Shown here: positions 21,755 through 32,222 of the stretch, piece after piece
Position numbering within the stretch: position 1 is the first letter of the stretch
Layout: each line of letters begins with the position of its first letter
Assembly: GCA_050253415.1 (NCBI GenBank)
Contig: JBFWJC010000004.1
Location: forward strand, 224,001-288,000
Length of the DNA: 64,000 nucleotides
DNA from: Pedobacter sp.
GTDB lineage: Bacteria > Desulfobacterota > Desulfuromonadia > Desulfuromonadales > Syntrophotaleaceae
Reading direction: 5' to 3'
The notes under the pieces: generated by a model
Database searches by the model: none
What the model was told of the DNA's origin: nothing
The model's input: only the letters and a program-made list of their open reading frames with translations
Made by a program: the position numbers and the translations under genes

Positions 21755-22396
21755 ATGATGAGCATTAAAATTAATTCCGCCGGGATTCTGCTGATAGACG
21801 ACCATCCTGCCGTAAGACAGGGGGTGGCCCTGTTATTGTCGCAGGATGGTTACCACATATGCGCCGAGGCTGAGAATCGCAGGAGCGTCTTCTCTTTTCT
21901 GGAAAAGAACAAAGCTGAACTGGCCCTGCTGGATATTTCACTGGGCGATGAGAGCGGTCTGGACTTGATCGCGGATATGCAACAATTTGGCGTTGCGACG
22001 CTCGTGTATTCCATGCACGAAGACCCCGATGTTATCGAGCGCGCCTTCAATTCCGGAGCAACAGGATATGTCACCAAGCGCGAACCTGCAGATGTATTGC
22101 TGGATGCGGTGGCGGCTGTTCTGGAAGGAAAACGTTACGTAAGCCCGCGCTGCGCCTTGAGCCTTGCCAATCGTGTTTTGTCAGGCCCTGATACGGAAAA
22201 TGAAGCAAGTCTTAGTGAGAGGGAGAAGCAGGTTTTTCAAATGTTTGGCCAGGGCGAATCCATTGCGGATATTGCCGATGTTCTGTCAATCAGCGGTCGT
22301 ACGGTGGAGTCCTACTTTTCCCGGATCATGACTAAACTCAACCTTTCCGGCATGAAAGAGTTGCGGCGTTATGCGATAAAAAATATCCAACGGTAG
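21755..22396 (+). CDS. NarL/LuxR family response regulator
   Basis: DDHPAVR..LLD..SMH..GYVTK receiver; LSEREKQV HTH. Confidence 0.9.
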   Translation: MMSIKINSAGILLIDDHPAVRQGVALLLSQDGYHICAEAENRRSVFSFLEKNKAELALLDISLGDESGLDLIADMQQFGVATLVYSMHEDPDVIERAFNSGATGYVTKREPADVLLDAVAAVLEGKRYVSPRCALSLANRVLSGPDTENEASLSEREKQVFQMFGQGESIADIADVLSISGRTVESYFSRIMTKLNLSGMKELRRYAIKNIQR

Positions 22397-22668
22397 CACC
22401 CCCTTCCTGACCGTCCCGGCTTCCGCCGAACACGACCTGCCACCTCATCCGCGCCCGGGACTTCTCCCACGCGATGACCGTGATTTCCCCCGCAAAAAAA
22501 CCGGAATTCCCCCTGCATACAGGTTTTAATTTTTCCTATACATATAGCAGCGCAAAGATTTAGCACTATTAATACTTTGTGAAAATTCGCTGCTATACCG
22601 AATGCTCATTCGAGTATTCAATTACATGACGGGGACACTTAGAACACACATCATCAAGGAGGGTAACA

Positions 22669-23328
22669 ATGGTAGGTTTGCGTCATATCATCGGGGCGTT
22701 AGTTGCGGCTATGTTAATAAGCGGTACGGCATGTGCCGGAGATCAGATGGATACCAAGGCATCGCCGGCTTATTCCGGCCCATACATCGGTGCTTTTGTG
22801 GGCCAATCATGGAGTAATTTGGAATATGTGGACAAGTGGGAGCCCACCGATCCGGATATGGATGGATTTGTCGGTGGTCTTTACCTCGGTCATAACTATA
22901 GGATCGATAAACTTGTATTAGGCTTTGAAGCCGACGCGGGGCTTTGTGACCTGAGTGAAGGGGCTGACGACGATAACGACAATAGCTACTCGGCCTTTGA
23001 TATTGACTGGAATGCGCATCTGCGAGCTCGAGCGGGCTTTGCCTACAACGCCACGCTATTCTATGTTGCCGGTGGTCTGGCCGTTGCAAAGGTTGCCGTT
23101 GATGACACTGATGCAGGCTATGGCCATGACAATGCAACGCATTTCGGTTGGACGATTGGCGCCGGCATTGAGCAAAAAATCACTGAGCACTTGACTGCAC
23201 GGGTTGAATATCTTTATGACGACTACGGTAGCGAGGATTACTCTATTACAGACGATTCATATCCCTACCAGGCGGATGTCGAGTTGAATATCCATACCGC
23301 CCGCATTGGCCTGGCTTATTCTTTTTAG
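22669..23328 (+). CDS. Outer membrane beta-barrel protein (Omp25/RopB-like)
   Basis: Signal peptide; GPYIG, LRARAG, GWTIGAGIE, RVEYLY, terminal YSF. Confidence 0.85.
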   Translation: MVGLRHIIGALVAAMLISGTACAGDQMDTKASPAYSGPYIGAFVGQSWSNLEYVDKWEPTDPDMDGFVGGLYLGHNYRIDKLVLGFEADAGLCDLSEGADDDNDNSYSAFDIDWNAHLRARAGFAYNATLFYVAGGLAVAKVAVDDTDAGYGHDNATHFGWTIGAGIEQKITEHLTARVEYLYDDYGSEDYSITDDSYPYQADVELNIHTARIGLAYSF

Positions 23329-23391
23329 ACAATTACACAAAGTTGGGCCGTTAAACGCGGGTTATAAGCAACCGTCAAATCTTAAGATGAC

Positions 23392-23422
23392 ATGGCCTGC
23401 CCTTTCCGGGTGGGCCATTTTT
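23392..23422 (+). terminator. Rho-independent terminator
   Basis: ATGGCCTGCCC-TTTCC-GGGTGGGCCAT followed by T-run. Confidence 0.7.
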
Positions 23423-23465
23423 ATAACTCACCCTTTTTTATAAATAAGAATAAATACGGGAAGGG

Positions 23466-24023
23466 TCAGATCTCGTCATATGCAAAACAGTCGGTAAGAT
23501 GATCATTCACCATGCCGACCGCCTGCATAAAGGCGTAACAGATCGTAGCGCCGACGAACTTGAACCCCCGCCGCTTCAGATCCCTGCTCATGGCCTCCGA
23601 CTCCGGCGTGGATGCGGGGATTTCCGCCATGGTCCGCCAGGAGTTCCGGATCGGCTTTCCTCCGACGAACTGCCAGATATAGGCGTCGAAACTACCAAAT
23701 TCCTTTTGAACGGCAAGAAAAGCCCGTGCATTAACCACCGCGGCACGCACCTTGAGTCGGTTGCGGATGATCCCCGGATCCTCCAGCAAGCCGGCGATCT
23801 TCGCATCGGAATATGCGGCTACTTTGGCAACCTCGAAATTGTCGAACGCCCGGCGGTACCCTTCCCGCTTTTTCAGGATAGTCAACCAGCTCAAGCCGGC
23901 CTGCGCCCCTTCCAGAACGAGGAACTCGAACAACAGTCGGTCGTCATGAACAGGGCGGCCCCATTCGTGGTCGTGGTATTCGCGCTCCAAAATATTGCCA
24001 TCGGCCCAGGGACATCGTTTCAT
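23466..24023 (-). CDS. tag: DNA-3-methyladenine glycosylase I
   Basis: RCPW, YHDHEWG, LEGAQAGLSW, GMVNDHLTDC. Confidence 0.95.
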   Translation of the reverse strand: MKRCPWADGNILEREYHDHEWGRPVHDDRLLFEFLVLEGAQAGLSWLTILKKREGYRRAFDNFEVAKVAAYSDAKIAGLLEDPGIIRNRLKVRAAVVNARAFLAVQKEFGSFDAYIWQFVGGKPIRNSWRTMAEIPASTPESEAMSRDLKRRGFKFVGATICYAFMQAVGMVNDHLTDCFAYDEI

Positions 24024-24748
24024 GATTTCCTCCCGGATGCAGAGTTAATCCGGGCCGCCCCTCGCGCACCGGTCGAAATACGTAACATTCGGTTTCCGCG
24101 CCGCTGAAATTCGTAGGGCACGCGCAGAAGATCGACGCTGAATCCGCCATCGGCAAAATGTCTGGTCACGATATCGAGATGGGGGGAAATCATGCCATCG
24201 AGCGTAAGCACGGGAAACACCCGTACCTCACGGGCTACACGCAACATTTCCCGAATCGCCCGAAGATGAAATCCGGCGGACAGATGGTCACTGTACAAAA
24301 ACAGGAAATGAGAGGACAAAGCGATGTCGAACTGCCCGCATTCAAATGGCAGCGACGGCAGCTCCCCGGCAATATACCTGCCCTCACGCACTCCCGTATC
24401 GTAATCCCGTAAAAAGGTGTCCATCGCGGACAGGCGAATCTGCCCGAGAGCTTCGACTGAAGAGATCGTGCCCCAGACATAGTCGTCCTGGTGTTTGCGC
24501 ATTTGGGCCATGACTGTTTCGTATGTTTCCGAGATACGCCCTCTAATTTGTGCGGCGTCAAAAGCATAGATGGGGTCGTAGGAGACAACGCGACCGCCCT
24601 GCCTGGTCAGGACCGCATTAAATGCTGCCGGCCCGTCACCACAGCCGAGAATGCGCAATTGAAGGTCCAGCTCCGAGAGGCCGAACATATTGACGTACTC
24701 TTCATAAGAGCGTCCCCAAGGTACGATTGTATCGAGTGTAAATCCCAT
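24020..24748 (-). CDS. SAM-dependent methyltransferase-like protein
   Basis: ILGCGDGPAAF, FDIALSSHFLFLY. Confidence 0.8.
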   Translation of the reverse strand: MGFTLDTIVPWGRSYEEYVNMFGLSELDLQLRILGCGDGPAAFNAVLTRQGGRVVSYDPIYAFDAAQIRGRISETYETVMAQMRKHQDDYVWGTISSVEALGQIRLSAMDTFLRDYDTGVREGRYIAGELPSLPFECGQFDIALSSHFLFLYSDHLSAGFHLRAIREMLRVAREVRVFPVLTLDGMISPHLDIVTRHFADGGFSVDLLRVPYEFQRRGNRMLRISTGARGAARINSASGRKS

Positions 24749-24764
24749 AAGCCGCCTGCCTGTT

Positions 24765-25043
24765 TTATTTGAGCAGTTTTTTCACTAGTTGGACGACGAC
24801 AAACCCCAGCCCCGCGGCGAAAACCGATTGTATATATTGAAGGGCAAGGGCAAGAGGCCACATACCCCGGGCAGAAACCTCAAGGCTATCGATCATGAAA
24901 TAGTAATAAATGGCTGCGGGAACGACGACGGCGACAATCATTATGAGCAAAGCCACGCGACCTGAGAGGCCGGCCCATAAAGGGACGAAGCCCCCCAGAA
25001 AAGCGATTGCCATAACGAGAACCCAACCCCCGAATGATGCCAT
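24765..25043 (-). CDS. Small membrane protein
   Basis: Three hydrophobic segments; RBS; co-oriented with the methyltransferase and tag. Confidence 0.55.
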   Translation of the reverse strand: MASFGGWVLVMAIAFLGGFVPLWAGLSGRVALLIMIVAVVVPAAIYYYFMIDSLEVSARGMWPLALALQYIQSVFAAGLGFVVVQLVKKLLK

Positions 25044-25468
25044 ACATTCCTCACGTTTCATGATAATCGGCGGCAGCACAAGATTGCGTGCCGCACCTGA
25101 CTTTTTGTTTTCAATTTTGGCCAGACACCTTTTTCGCCTGCATCGATTTCAACAGATACCAGATAAAGAACAAAGGTTCGGTCAACCAGGCCCAAGAGTC
25201 AAGCAAAGACTGGCCACCTTTTTTTCATTATCAATTTGACTCAAGGCCGGATTTCACCGAGAATCGGTCGGCGGCGACCTATCAGGCAAGCGCGCCCCTG
25301 CCCCGGGAAATCTTTCACGAGACAGGCCACGACGGCTTATCTTGACCATCATTCCTTGGAGATTAACGCGTTGCGCTACCGTAAGGTGCTTGAAAACTGA
25401 TTCTGCGCGCCGTCTGAAGCGCCGGGTATCGGCGCTGACCAGTCTATAAACCTTCACGGGAGATCGAG

Positions 25469-26080
25469 ATGACCGACCATAGTGTTGATGCCCGCGGGCT
25501 GCCCTGTCCGCAACCCCTGATGCTGGCGAAAAAGGCCCTGACAGAGATGAGCGAGGGAGAGAACCTGCGGCTGCTGCTCGACAATAAATTGTCCTGCGAC
25601 AACGTGATCCGTTTTCTTCAGGACCACGGCCTGACCCCCGAGCTGTCCACCGAAGAGGGCGTGTACACCCTGAAGGTGAAGAAAGGGGCCGAGACCGCTC
25701 CATTGGGCAATGCCGCGGCCTATTGCGCTCCGGCACAACCGACGACGGGTTCGGTCATCGTCATCAATCACCATGGCATGGGTTCGGGTTCGGAAGAGCT
25801 GGGCAAGATTCTCTTGCAGGCCTGCATCAACACCCTTAAAGAGGTTACCCCGCTGCCGGAGGCCATCCTGTGCTACAATGCGGGGGTGTTTGCTGTAGCA
25901 CAGGGAGCGCCCACCGTTCCGGCTTTGACGGAACTGGTGGCGCAAGGCGTGACGCTCCTCGTCTGCGGCACCTGCGTCGACTATTTCGAGTTGCACAACC
26001 AAGTCGCGGTCGGCACCATCTCCAACATGTACGACATTCTGCAGCAACTTTCCACTGCCCAGCGCATCATAACCCTGTAG
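25469..26080 (+). CDS. yedF: YedF-type selenium/sulfur carrier (TusA + DsrE-like domains)
   Basis: DARGLPCPQP TusA motif; GSEELGKIL, LVCGTCVDYF, VGTISNMY. Confidence 0.85.
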   Translation: MTDHSVDARGLPCPQPLMLAKKALTEMSEGENLRLLLDNKLSCDNVIRFLQDHGLTPELSTEEGVYTLKVKKGAETAPLGNAAAYCAPAQPTTGSVIVINHHGMGSGSEELGKILLQACINTLKEVTPLPEAILCYNAGVFAVAQGAPTVPALTELVAQGVTLLVCGTCVDYFELHNQVAVGTISNMYDILQQLSTAQRIITL

Positions 26081-26086
26081 GCAACG

Positions 26087-27208
26087 ATGGAACGAAATAC
26101 TTATTTTGACAATGCGGCCACCTCTTTCCCCAAACCGCCAGCGGTGGCCGCGGCCATGTCCCGCTACCTCAACGAGGTGGGCGGTCCCTATGGCCGCAGC
26201 GCATACACCCGGGCCTTCGACGTCTCGGCAACGGTGGAGAAGACCCGCGACTTGCTCGCCCAGCGGATGGGCACCCGACACGAAGACAGGGTCGTGTTCG
26301 CCCCCAATGCCACCCATGCCATCAATCTCGTGTTGCGCAGCGTCCTCAGCAAAGGCGGGCGCGTACTTATCTCACCGTTGGAACACAATGCCGTCACCCG
26401 CCCCCTGGCGGCTTTCGCCAAGCAATACGGCGTGGTCTTCGAACGGATGCCCCACTTTGCCGACGGGCGCATCGACGTAAGCAGACTCGCCGGCGTGGTA
26501 ACCAGCGACACGGTACTGGCAGTGGTCAATCACCAGAGCAATGTCAACGGCGTGATTCAGCCCCTGCAGCAGATCAAGCAACAGCTTGGCGCCGTCCCGC
26601 TGCTGGTCGACGCCAGTCAGACATTCGGCGCCATACCGGTACAGGTGGATGACTGGGACATCGATTTCCTGGCCTTCACCGGCCACAAAGCCCTGCTGGG
26701 GCCGACAGGCACGGGCGGCCTTTTCCTGCGCGATCCCGCCGGGATCGAACCGCTGATCTACGGAGGCACCGGCAGCGCTTCGGAAAGTTTCACCATGCCC
26801 GAAGAGGTCCCCGATCGCTTCGAAGCCGGAACCCCCAATATCGCCGGCATCTACGGGCTGCTCGCGGCCCTGCAGGAGACACCCCCCTGCCGGCATTCGC
26901 GGGAGGAATACCGGCAGTTCATCGCAGAGCTGCAAAGCATGCCCGCCCTCAAAGTGCTGTGCGCCGAACATTTTGACCACCAGGGCGATGTTTTTTCCCT
27001 GCTGCAGCCCGGCGGCGATCCGGCGACCCTGGGCCGCCGACTGTTTGAGGATTTCGGCATCGAGACCCGCATCGGTCTCCATTGCGCGCCCCTGGCTCAT
27101 CAAACCCTCGGAACAGCTGCCAGCGGCACGCTGCGCATCGGCGTTTCCCGCTATCATGCGGCCAGCGACTTTACATATTTTTGCGACGCAGTAAGGACCT
27201 GTATATAA
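26087..27208 (+). CDS. Cysteine desulfurase/selenocysteine lyase family PLP enzyme
   Basis: [30 protein letters not shown]. Confidence 0.88.
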   Translation: MERNTYFDNAATSFPKPPAVAAAMSRYLNEVGGPYGRSAYTRAFDVSATVEKTRDLLAQRMGTRHEDRVVFAPNATHAINLVLRSVLSKGGRVLISPLEHNAVTRPLAAFAKQYGVVFERMPHFADGRIDVSRLAGVVTSDTVLAVVNHQSNVNGVIQPLQQIKQQLGAVPLLVDASQTFGAIPVQVDDWDIDFLAFTGHKALLGPTGTGGLFLRDPAGIEPLIYGGTGSASESFTMPEEVPDRFEAGTPNIAGIYGLLAALQETPPCRHSREEYRQFIAELQSMPALKVLCAEHFDHQGDVFSLLQPGGDPATLGRRLFEDFGIETRIGLHCAPLAHQTLGTAASGTLRIGVSRYHAASDFTYFCDAVRTCI

Positions 27209-27210
27209 CC

Positions 27211-28473
27211 ATGAATATTCTTTTGCTTTTCAACTCAACACGGTCGGTTATCAAGGCGGAACAGTGCCTGCGCAGCCACGACATAGACTGCCAGATCATT
27301 CCGGTGCCGAAAGCCATCTCGACCGAATGCGGCATGGCCATCTCCATAGCGACCACCCTGCGGGAACGGGCCGAAGGACTTTTGCAGGAGCTTGGCCTGC
27401 AGGTGAAGGTGCATGCGCCGGAAGAAACGAAAAAACCGCTGTTCGATCTGCTTAGCACCGTCGAGCAGGGCGGCTGTTCAGCCAAGTTGCCGCCTGAGGT
27501 GCTGTTCGATGCCGTCAGCCGGCTGCCGGCGATCGGCGATCCCAAACTGCTGGTGGGAGCCGGAACCGGCGACGATGCCGGCGCCTACCGGCTTACCGAT
27601 GACATCGCCCTGATCGAGACGACGGACTTCTTCCCGCCGATCTGCTCGGACCCCTTCGACTTCGGCCAGATTGCCGCGGCGAATGCACTGAGCGACGTCT
27701 ATGCCATGGGCGGCAAGGTCCTCAACGCCATGAATCTGGTCATGTTTCCGGCCAGCGGCATCCCCTTCGAGGTGTTGCACGAAATTCTGCGCGGCGGCCA
27801 GGAAAAAATCCAGGAAGCCGGCGGCAACCTGGTGGGGGGCCACACCATCGCCGACTACCCGCCGAAGTACGGCCTGTCGGTAACCGGCACCGTGCACCCT
27901 GATCGGCTTATCACCAACGCCAATGCGGAGCCCGACCAGATCCTTATCCTGACCAAGCCGATCGGCACCGGCACTCTGGTGGCGGGGCAACGCCTGGGGC
28001 AGGCCAATGACGCCGACTATCAGCGGGCCCTCGATAACATGAAGCAACTCAACCGGACGGCCGCGGAGATCATGCAGGAGTTCCATATCCGCACCGCTAC
28101 CGACATCACCGGTTTCGGCCTGCTGGGGCACGCCCTCAATATCGCCAAAGCCAGCGGCATCAGCATGGAAATAGATACGGCGCAGGTTCCCGCCCTGCCG
28201 GGAGCCCTGAAACTGCTGGAAGATGGCTGCATCCCGGGGACCAGCTTCCGCAATCGCGATCATGTGGAGGCGGACACCGATTTCGCCCCCGACCTGCCCT
28301 ATCCCCGCAAGATGCTCACTCTCGATCCGCAGACCTCCGGCGGCCTCCTCCTGTGCGCACCTGCCGCCAGCGCCGAAGCCATGCTGGCGGAACTCCGCCG
28401 GCGGGGCTGCCCAACGGCGGCCATTATCGGCCGGACCACCGCCCTCGGCCGCAAGCACCTGATCGTGCGCTAG
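27211..28473 (+). CDS. selD: Selenide,water dikinase with N-terminal DUF3343-like domain
   Basis: N-terminal IIPVPKAISTECGMA; GGCSAKL, DDAG, TTDFF, ANALSDVYAMGG, GGHT, TDITGFGLLGH, DPQTSGGLL. Confidence 0.9.
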   Translation: MNILLLFNSTRSVIKAEQCLRSHDIDCQIIPVPKAISTECGMAISIATTLRERAEGLLQELGLQVKVHAPEETKKPLFDLLSTVEQGGCSAKLPPEVLFDAVSRLPAIGDPKLLVGAGTGDDAGAYRLTDDIALIETTDFFPPICSDPFDFGQIAAANALSDVYAMGGKVLNAMNLVMFPASGIPFEVLHEILRGGQEKIQEAGGNLVGGHTIADYPPKYGLSVTGTVHPDRLITNANAEPDQILILTKPIGTGTLVAGQRLGQANDADYQRALDNMKQLNRTAAEIMQEFHIRTATDITGFGLLGHALNIAKASGISMEIDTAQVPALPGALKLLEDGCIPGTSFRNRDHVEADTDFAPDLPYPRKMLTLDPQTSGGLLLCAPAASAEAMLAELRRRGCPTAAIIGRTTALGRKHLIVR

Positions 28474-28546
28474 ACTTTTTTTCGGCCGCCCCGGGCGGCC
28501 TGGATCCATTCCCTCAACTTCAATCAATTAGCTTTTACGAGGCTCC

Positions 28547-29557
28547 ATGAAACGCATCCTGTTACTTTTCGCCCTGTGTCTGGCGGTCGGCACCCCCGGC
28601 GCCTGGGCGGCCAATCGCACCGGCTCCATAGACATGCAGTTCGATCTTTCATCCCAACCGAAAAACGCCGCGGTGCGCCTGTGGATCCCTTACCCGGTAT
28701 CCGATCTCCACCAGACCATCAGCAATATCCAGTGGAACGGTAACTACGCCACCGCAGCCATCTACACCGACCAAATCAACGGCACCCCGGCCCTGTACGT
28801 GGAGTGGCCCAAAGGCACGGACCATCGCCAGCTGAAGCTCAGCTTCAGCGTCGAGCGCCATGAGATCCTGCGCGGCACCCTGCCCGGCGAAGAACCCGCC
28901 TGGAATGCGGCCGACTACGCCGAGTACCTGGCGCCCACCCGGCTCGGCCCCATCGACGGCGCCGTAAAGGAACTTGCGACCGCCATCGTCAAGGGTCAGA
29001 CCACCTCCCTGGGCAAGGCCAAGGCGATTTACGACTGGACCGTCGAAAACATGCACCGCGATCCCCAGACCATCGGCTGCGGACGGGGCGATGTGTGCTA
29101 CTTGCTGCAGAACCCCGGCGGCAAGTGCACCGACATCTCTTCGGTCTATGTAGCCCTGTGCCGGGCGGCGGGCGTCCCGGCGCGCGAGGTCTTCGGCCTG
29201 CGCCTCGGGAAAACCGCCCAGCAGGACATCACCAGCTGGCAACACTGCTGGGCCGAAGTCTTCATCCCCGGCGCCGGATGGATCCCTACCGATCCCGCCG
29301 ACGTACGCAAGGCGATGCTGGTCAACAACCTCGAGCTCGACAGCGACAAAGTCCGGGAGCTGCGGGACTATTTCTGGGGCGGTATCGACGCCTACCGCTT
29401 CAAGCTGGCCAGCGGCAGGGATCTGCGCCTCAACCCGGCGCAGGTCGGCCCGGAGCTCAACACCTTCGGCTACCCCTATGCCGAGGTGGACGGCAAGCCC
29501 CTCGATTTTTACGATCCGAAAAGCTTCTCCTACACATTCACCTATCGGGAACAATAG
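28547..29557 (+). CDS. Exported transglutaminase-like protein
   Basis: Signal peptide; GKCTD, HCWAE, GWIPTD catalytic triad. Confidence 0.85.
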   Translation: MKRILLLFALCLAVGTPGAWAANRTGSIDMQFDLSSQPKNAAVRLWIPYPVSDLHQTISNIQWNGNYATAAIYTDQINGTPALYVEWPKGTDHRQLKLSFSVERHEILRGTLPGEEPAWNAADYAEYLAPTRLGPIDGAVKELATAIVKGQTTSLGKAKAIYDWTVENMHRDPQTIGCGRGDVCYLLQNPGGKCTDISSVYVALCRAAGVPAREVFGLRLGKTAQQDITSWQHCWAEVFIPGAGWIPTDPADVRKAMLVNNLELDSDKVRELRDYFWGGIDAYRFKLASGRDLRLNPAQVGPELNTFGYPYAEVDGKPLDFYDPKSFSYTFTYREQ

Positions 29558-29642
29558 GTAACGACATCCAGTTGTTGGTATCCCGCTCCGTACAAGACCC
29601 GACCGGTATCCCAGCGGAGGGAGAGCCAACTACCGCACCACG

Positions 29643-29682
29643 AAAAAAGGCCACCCGGGAAAACCCAGGTGGCCTTATTTTT
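29643..29682. terminator. Bidirectional terminator
   Basis: AAAAAGGCCACCCGGG-AAAA-CCCAGGTGGCCTTATTTTT. Confidence 0.75.
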
Positions 29683-30154
29683 GACCTCAAAATAGACCGA
29701 CAAGCGACTTTTGAGTGTCTTTAGGGAGACAAGGTACTCATTAACGATAAGCCAACTATCCCCTACCCCAATCCGCTCGAAGACTTTTACCTATAAGACT
29801 GCACTTATTCCAATCCACTACAAGAGTCAAGCAAAGACTTGCCCCCTTTCTTATTGTCCTGTTTTCGAGACCATTCCATTTATTGCCAGCACTAGCCGAT
29901 ATGTGGCATGCCCCACAAACGGGGACATAATTACCACTTGGCGCCACAGTTTGTTTACAGTTACTAACGCATCTTTTATAGGAAGTTACAATCCTGATTA
30001 TTTTTACGCCAACGCCTCTGAATATTCAGATTTTCTATCCAAATATATTTTCTACAATTTTCAGATATCTATTTATTCTGATTAGGGAAAAAGATCCGCT
30101 GGAAGCTAAAACCTTACTTAAATAAGAAAATTGTAACTGCTGATAAATCTTTTT

Positions 30155-30169
30155 CGGCATAGCTGTTGC
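30155..30169 (+). promoter_or_regulatory. Putative sigma54 promoter
   Basis: CGGCATAGCTGTTGC = GG-N10-GC about 95 nt upstream of the PAS-GGDEF gene. Confidence 0.55.
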
Positions 30170-30264
30170 GCTAATCAGGTTCAGAGATCTTTTTGCATGT
30201 TGGATAGTATCTATCCTGACGCTCCGAAGCTGCTTTTTCGCTTAATACTACCGAGGAATTAGGT

Positions 30265-31854
30265 ATGTATCATCGGTTACTCAATATCTTTATTGCTTCA
30301 CAGAATCATCAACTCGTAACGCTTCTCCAAAGGGTGCAACCCGAGGAAAGGTTTTCCCATCAGTTTCTTTGCTCACCCCATGTCGATGAGACCGACTTGA
30401 GCGACTACTCGGTCATTATCCTTGATTTTGAAAACATCGCACCAGAGTCCCTGGAACGTATTGAGGCAATCAAAGATGACCAGGTTGTCGTGATAGGTTG
30501 TTTTACTTCCGCTAGTTTTCCTATTCTTGCAGAGAATCACCACCTCTTTGACCAGGTCTGGATCAAGCCTTTTGCTGAGGATAAACTCCAGGCCTCCTTT
30601 GCCAGGATTTTAAGGCATCTAAAAGAACGGGAAGAGGCCATCCTTGGCCAAAAATATCTGGATACCCTGATAGACAGTCTGCCTGATCTGATTTGGTTCA
30701 AAGATGCGCAGGGAGCTCACCTGAAAGTCAACGACAGTTTCTGCCGTACCGTCAATAAGACCAAGGCTCAGATAGAAGGCCGCGGACATTATTACATCTG
30801 GGATATTGAACCTGATGAATACGCCCAGGGGGAATATATTTGCCTGGAGTCAGAAGAGATTGTTTTCAACAAAAAGGAAACCTGCCTGTTTGATGAAACG
30901 GTGAAATGCGGTGATGAACTTCGAAAGTTTAAAACCTATAAATCACCGATCTTTGACACCAATGGCGAGGTTATCGGCACAGTTGGGTTCGCCCATGATG
31001 TGACCGACCTGCAGAACTTGCTCATCGAGTTAAATATTTTGATTGAGGGTCTGCCTTTTGCCGTCATGGTGACCGACAAAGACAGGATCATTACGAGTGT
31101 TAACCAAAAATTCATCGACATCTTTGCTCTTGATCGCACCGAGTTCATCGGGAACAATGTTGATTTTTTGATCGATGAATCGAAAACATTCACTCGCAAT
31201 AAAAGATGGATTATTGAGAGAGAAAAAGAAAGAACGTTGCTTCTTTCAAAGAATAAAGTTCTGAAAATTCATGATGAAAGGCTATTGGATATTTTTGGAG
31301 TACTCGCCGGCCATGTGTATCTTTTTGTGGATATAACTCTTGAGCATCAATACAAAAACAAGTTGCTGATCGATGCCCACACCGATCATTTGACCAAATT
31401 GAATAACAGACGCAGTCTTCAGGATTTTATGCGGAAAACCCCCTGTCAGTCAGGTACGGCCCTGTTGCTCACGGATCTTGATAACTTTAAGGAAGTCAAT
31501 GACCAGCATGGTCACGTTGAAGGAGACAGAATACTGGTCGCCTTTTCCGGCTTGCTACAACAGCTGTTTCCCGCTGAAAACCTCTTTCGTCTTGGCGGTG
31601 ATGAATTTGCCATCATGCTTCCTCAGGTGGAAGGTACGGACAGTCCGAAACAGTGCGCTAAGCAACTGCTGGCAGCATTTGAAGTAAAAGTTGCCCAGAA
31701 GTTTCCGCACACCAAAATTTCTGTCAGTATCGGGATTGCCATGGATGTCGATGATGGAGACTTCGGGGAATTGTTCAAAAAAGCAGATATGGCCCTGTAT
31801 GAATCAAAAAAAGCAGGGAAAAGTGTCTACACTCTTGGAGCCAATAGCCTGTGA
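30265..31854 (+). CDS. PAS-PAS diguanylate cyclase with degenerate receiver-like N-terminus
   Basis: LIDSLPDLIWFKD PAS; DLDNFKEVND.HGH.EGD, RLGGDEF. Confidence 0.88.
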   Translation: MYHRLLNIFIASQNHQLVTLLQRVQPEERFSHQFLCSPHVDETDLSDYSVIILDFENIAPESLERIEAIKDDQVVVIGCFTSASFPILAENHHLFDQVWIKPFAEDKLQASFARILRHLKEREEAILGQKYLDTLIDSLPDLIWFKDAQGAHLKVNDSFCRTVNKTKAQIEGRGHYYIWDIEPDEYAQGEYICLESEEIVFNKKETCLFDETVKCGDELRKFKTYKSPIFDTNGEVIGTVGFAHDVTDLQNLLIELNILIEGLPFAVMVTDKDRIITSVNQKFIDIFALDRTEFIGNNVDFLIDESKTFTRNKRWIIEREKERTLLLSKNKVLKIHDERLLDIFGVLAGHVYLFVDITLEHQYKNKLLIDAHTDHLTKLNNRRSLQDFMRKTPCQSGTALLLTDLDNFKEVNDQHGHVEGDRILVAFSGLLQQLFPAENLFRLGGDEFAIMLPQVEGTDSPKQCAKQLLAAFEVKVAQKFPHTKISVSIGIAMDVDDGDFGELFKKADMALYESKKAGKSVYTLGANSL

Positions 31855-31869
31855 TTCGGTGTCTGCCTT

Positions 31870-31984
31870 TTTGCTGAAACGTCTCCCGGTCCTTTTTCCT
31901 CTTGAATACATCTGTTTGTTCGTTGCCTCGCGACGTGACATGGTAAAAGGCTCCTGGATATTCGATTCTTAACAGTCGTGCCAC
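31870..31984 (-). pseudogene. Y1/RAYT-like transposase, N-terminal remnant
   Basis: MARLLRIEYPGAFYHVTSRGNEQTDVF..DRETF with AGGAGG RBS, then truncated. Confidence 0.8.
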
Positions 31985-32222
31985 CGCCTCCTCCTTTGAT
32001 CGTTATGGGCTCTTCCAAAACCTATCAAAGAGGCTGCAATGTCAAGAGTTGAGACCTGACCACTATTCCTTCCGAGAGAACACATTGCCCTCTCGGCCTG
32101 CCTGAAGAGAGGTCCTCTTTCCGTGTATGGATATGGATAGGGGGACATCCTGTTAAACAAGGTGTCCCCCCGAATTCCTGCAAAGCGCCCCTGTCCTCTT
32201 CTAAGGGCGGGTCGCCGGAACG

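Noticed and set aside
25469..29557. Selenocysteine (UGA) recoding in the selD cluster
   Set aside because: All relevant positions are Cys codons and the ORFs are uninterrupted
28649..29629. Long antisense ORFs (also 37522-38736, 53190-54101, 61533-62435 and others)
   Set aside because: Shadows of well-supported genes on the opposite strand in GC-rich DNA
29900..30260. c-di-GMP riboswitch upstream of the PAS-GGDEF gene
   Set aside because: No recognisable GEMM consensus; the AT-rich region fits a sigma54 promoter better
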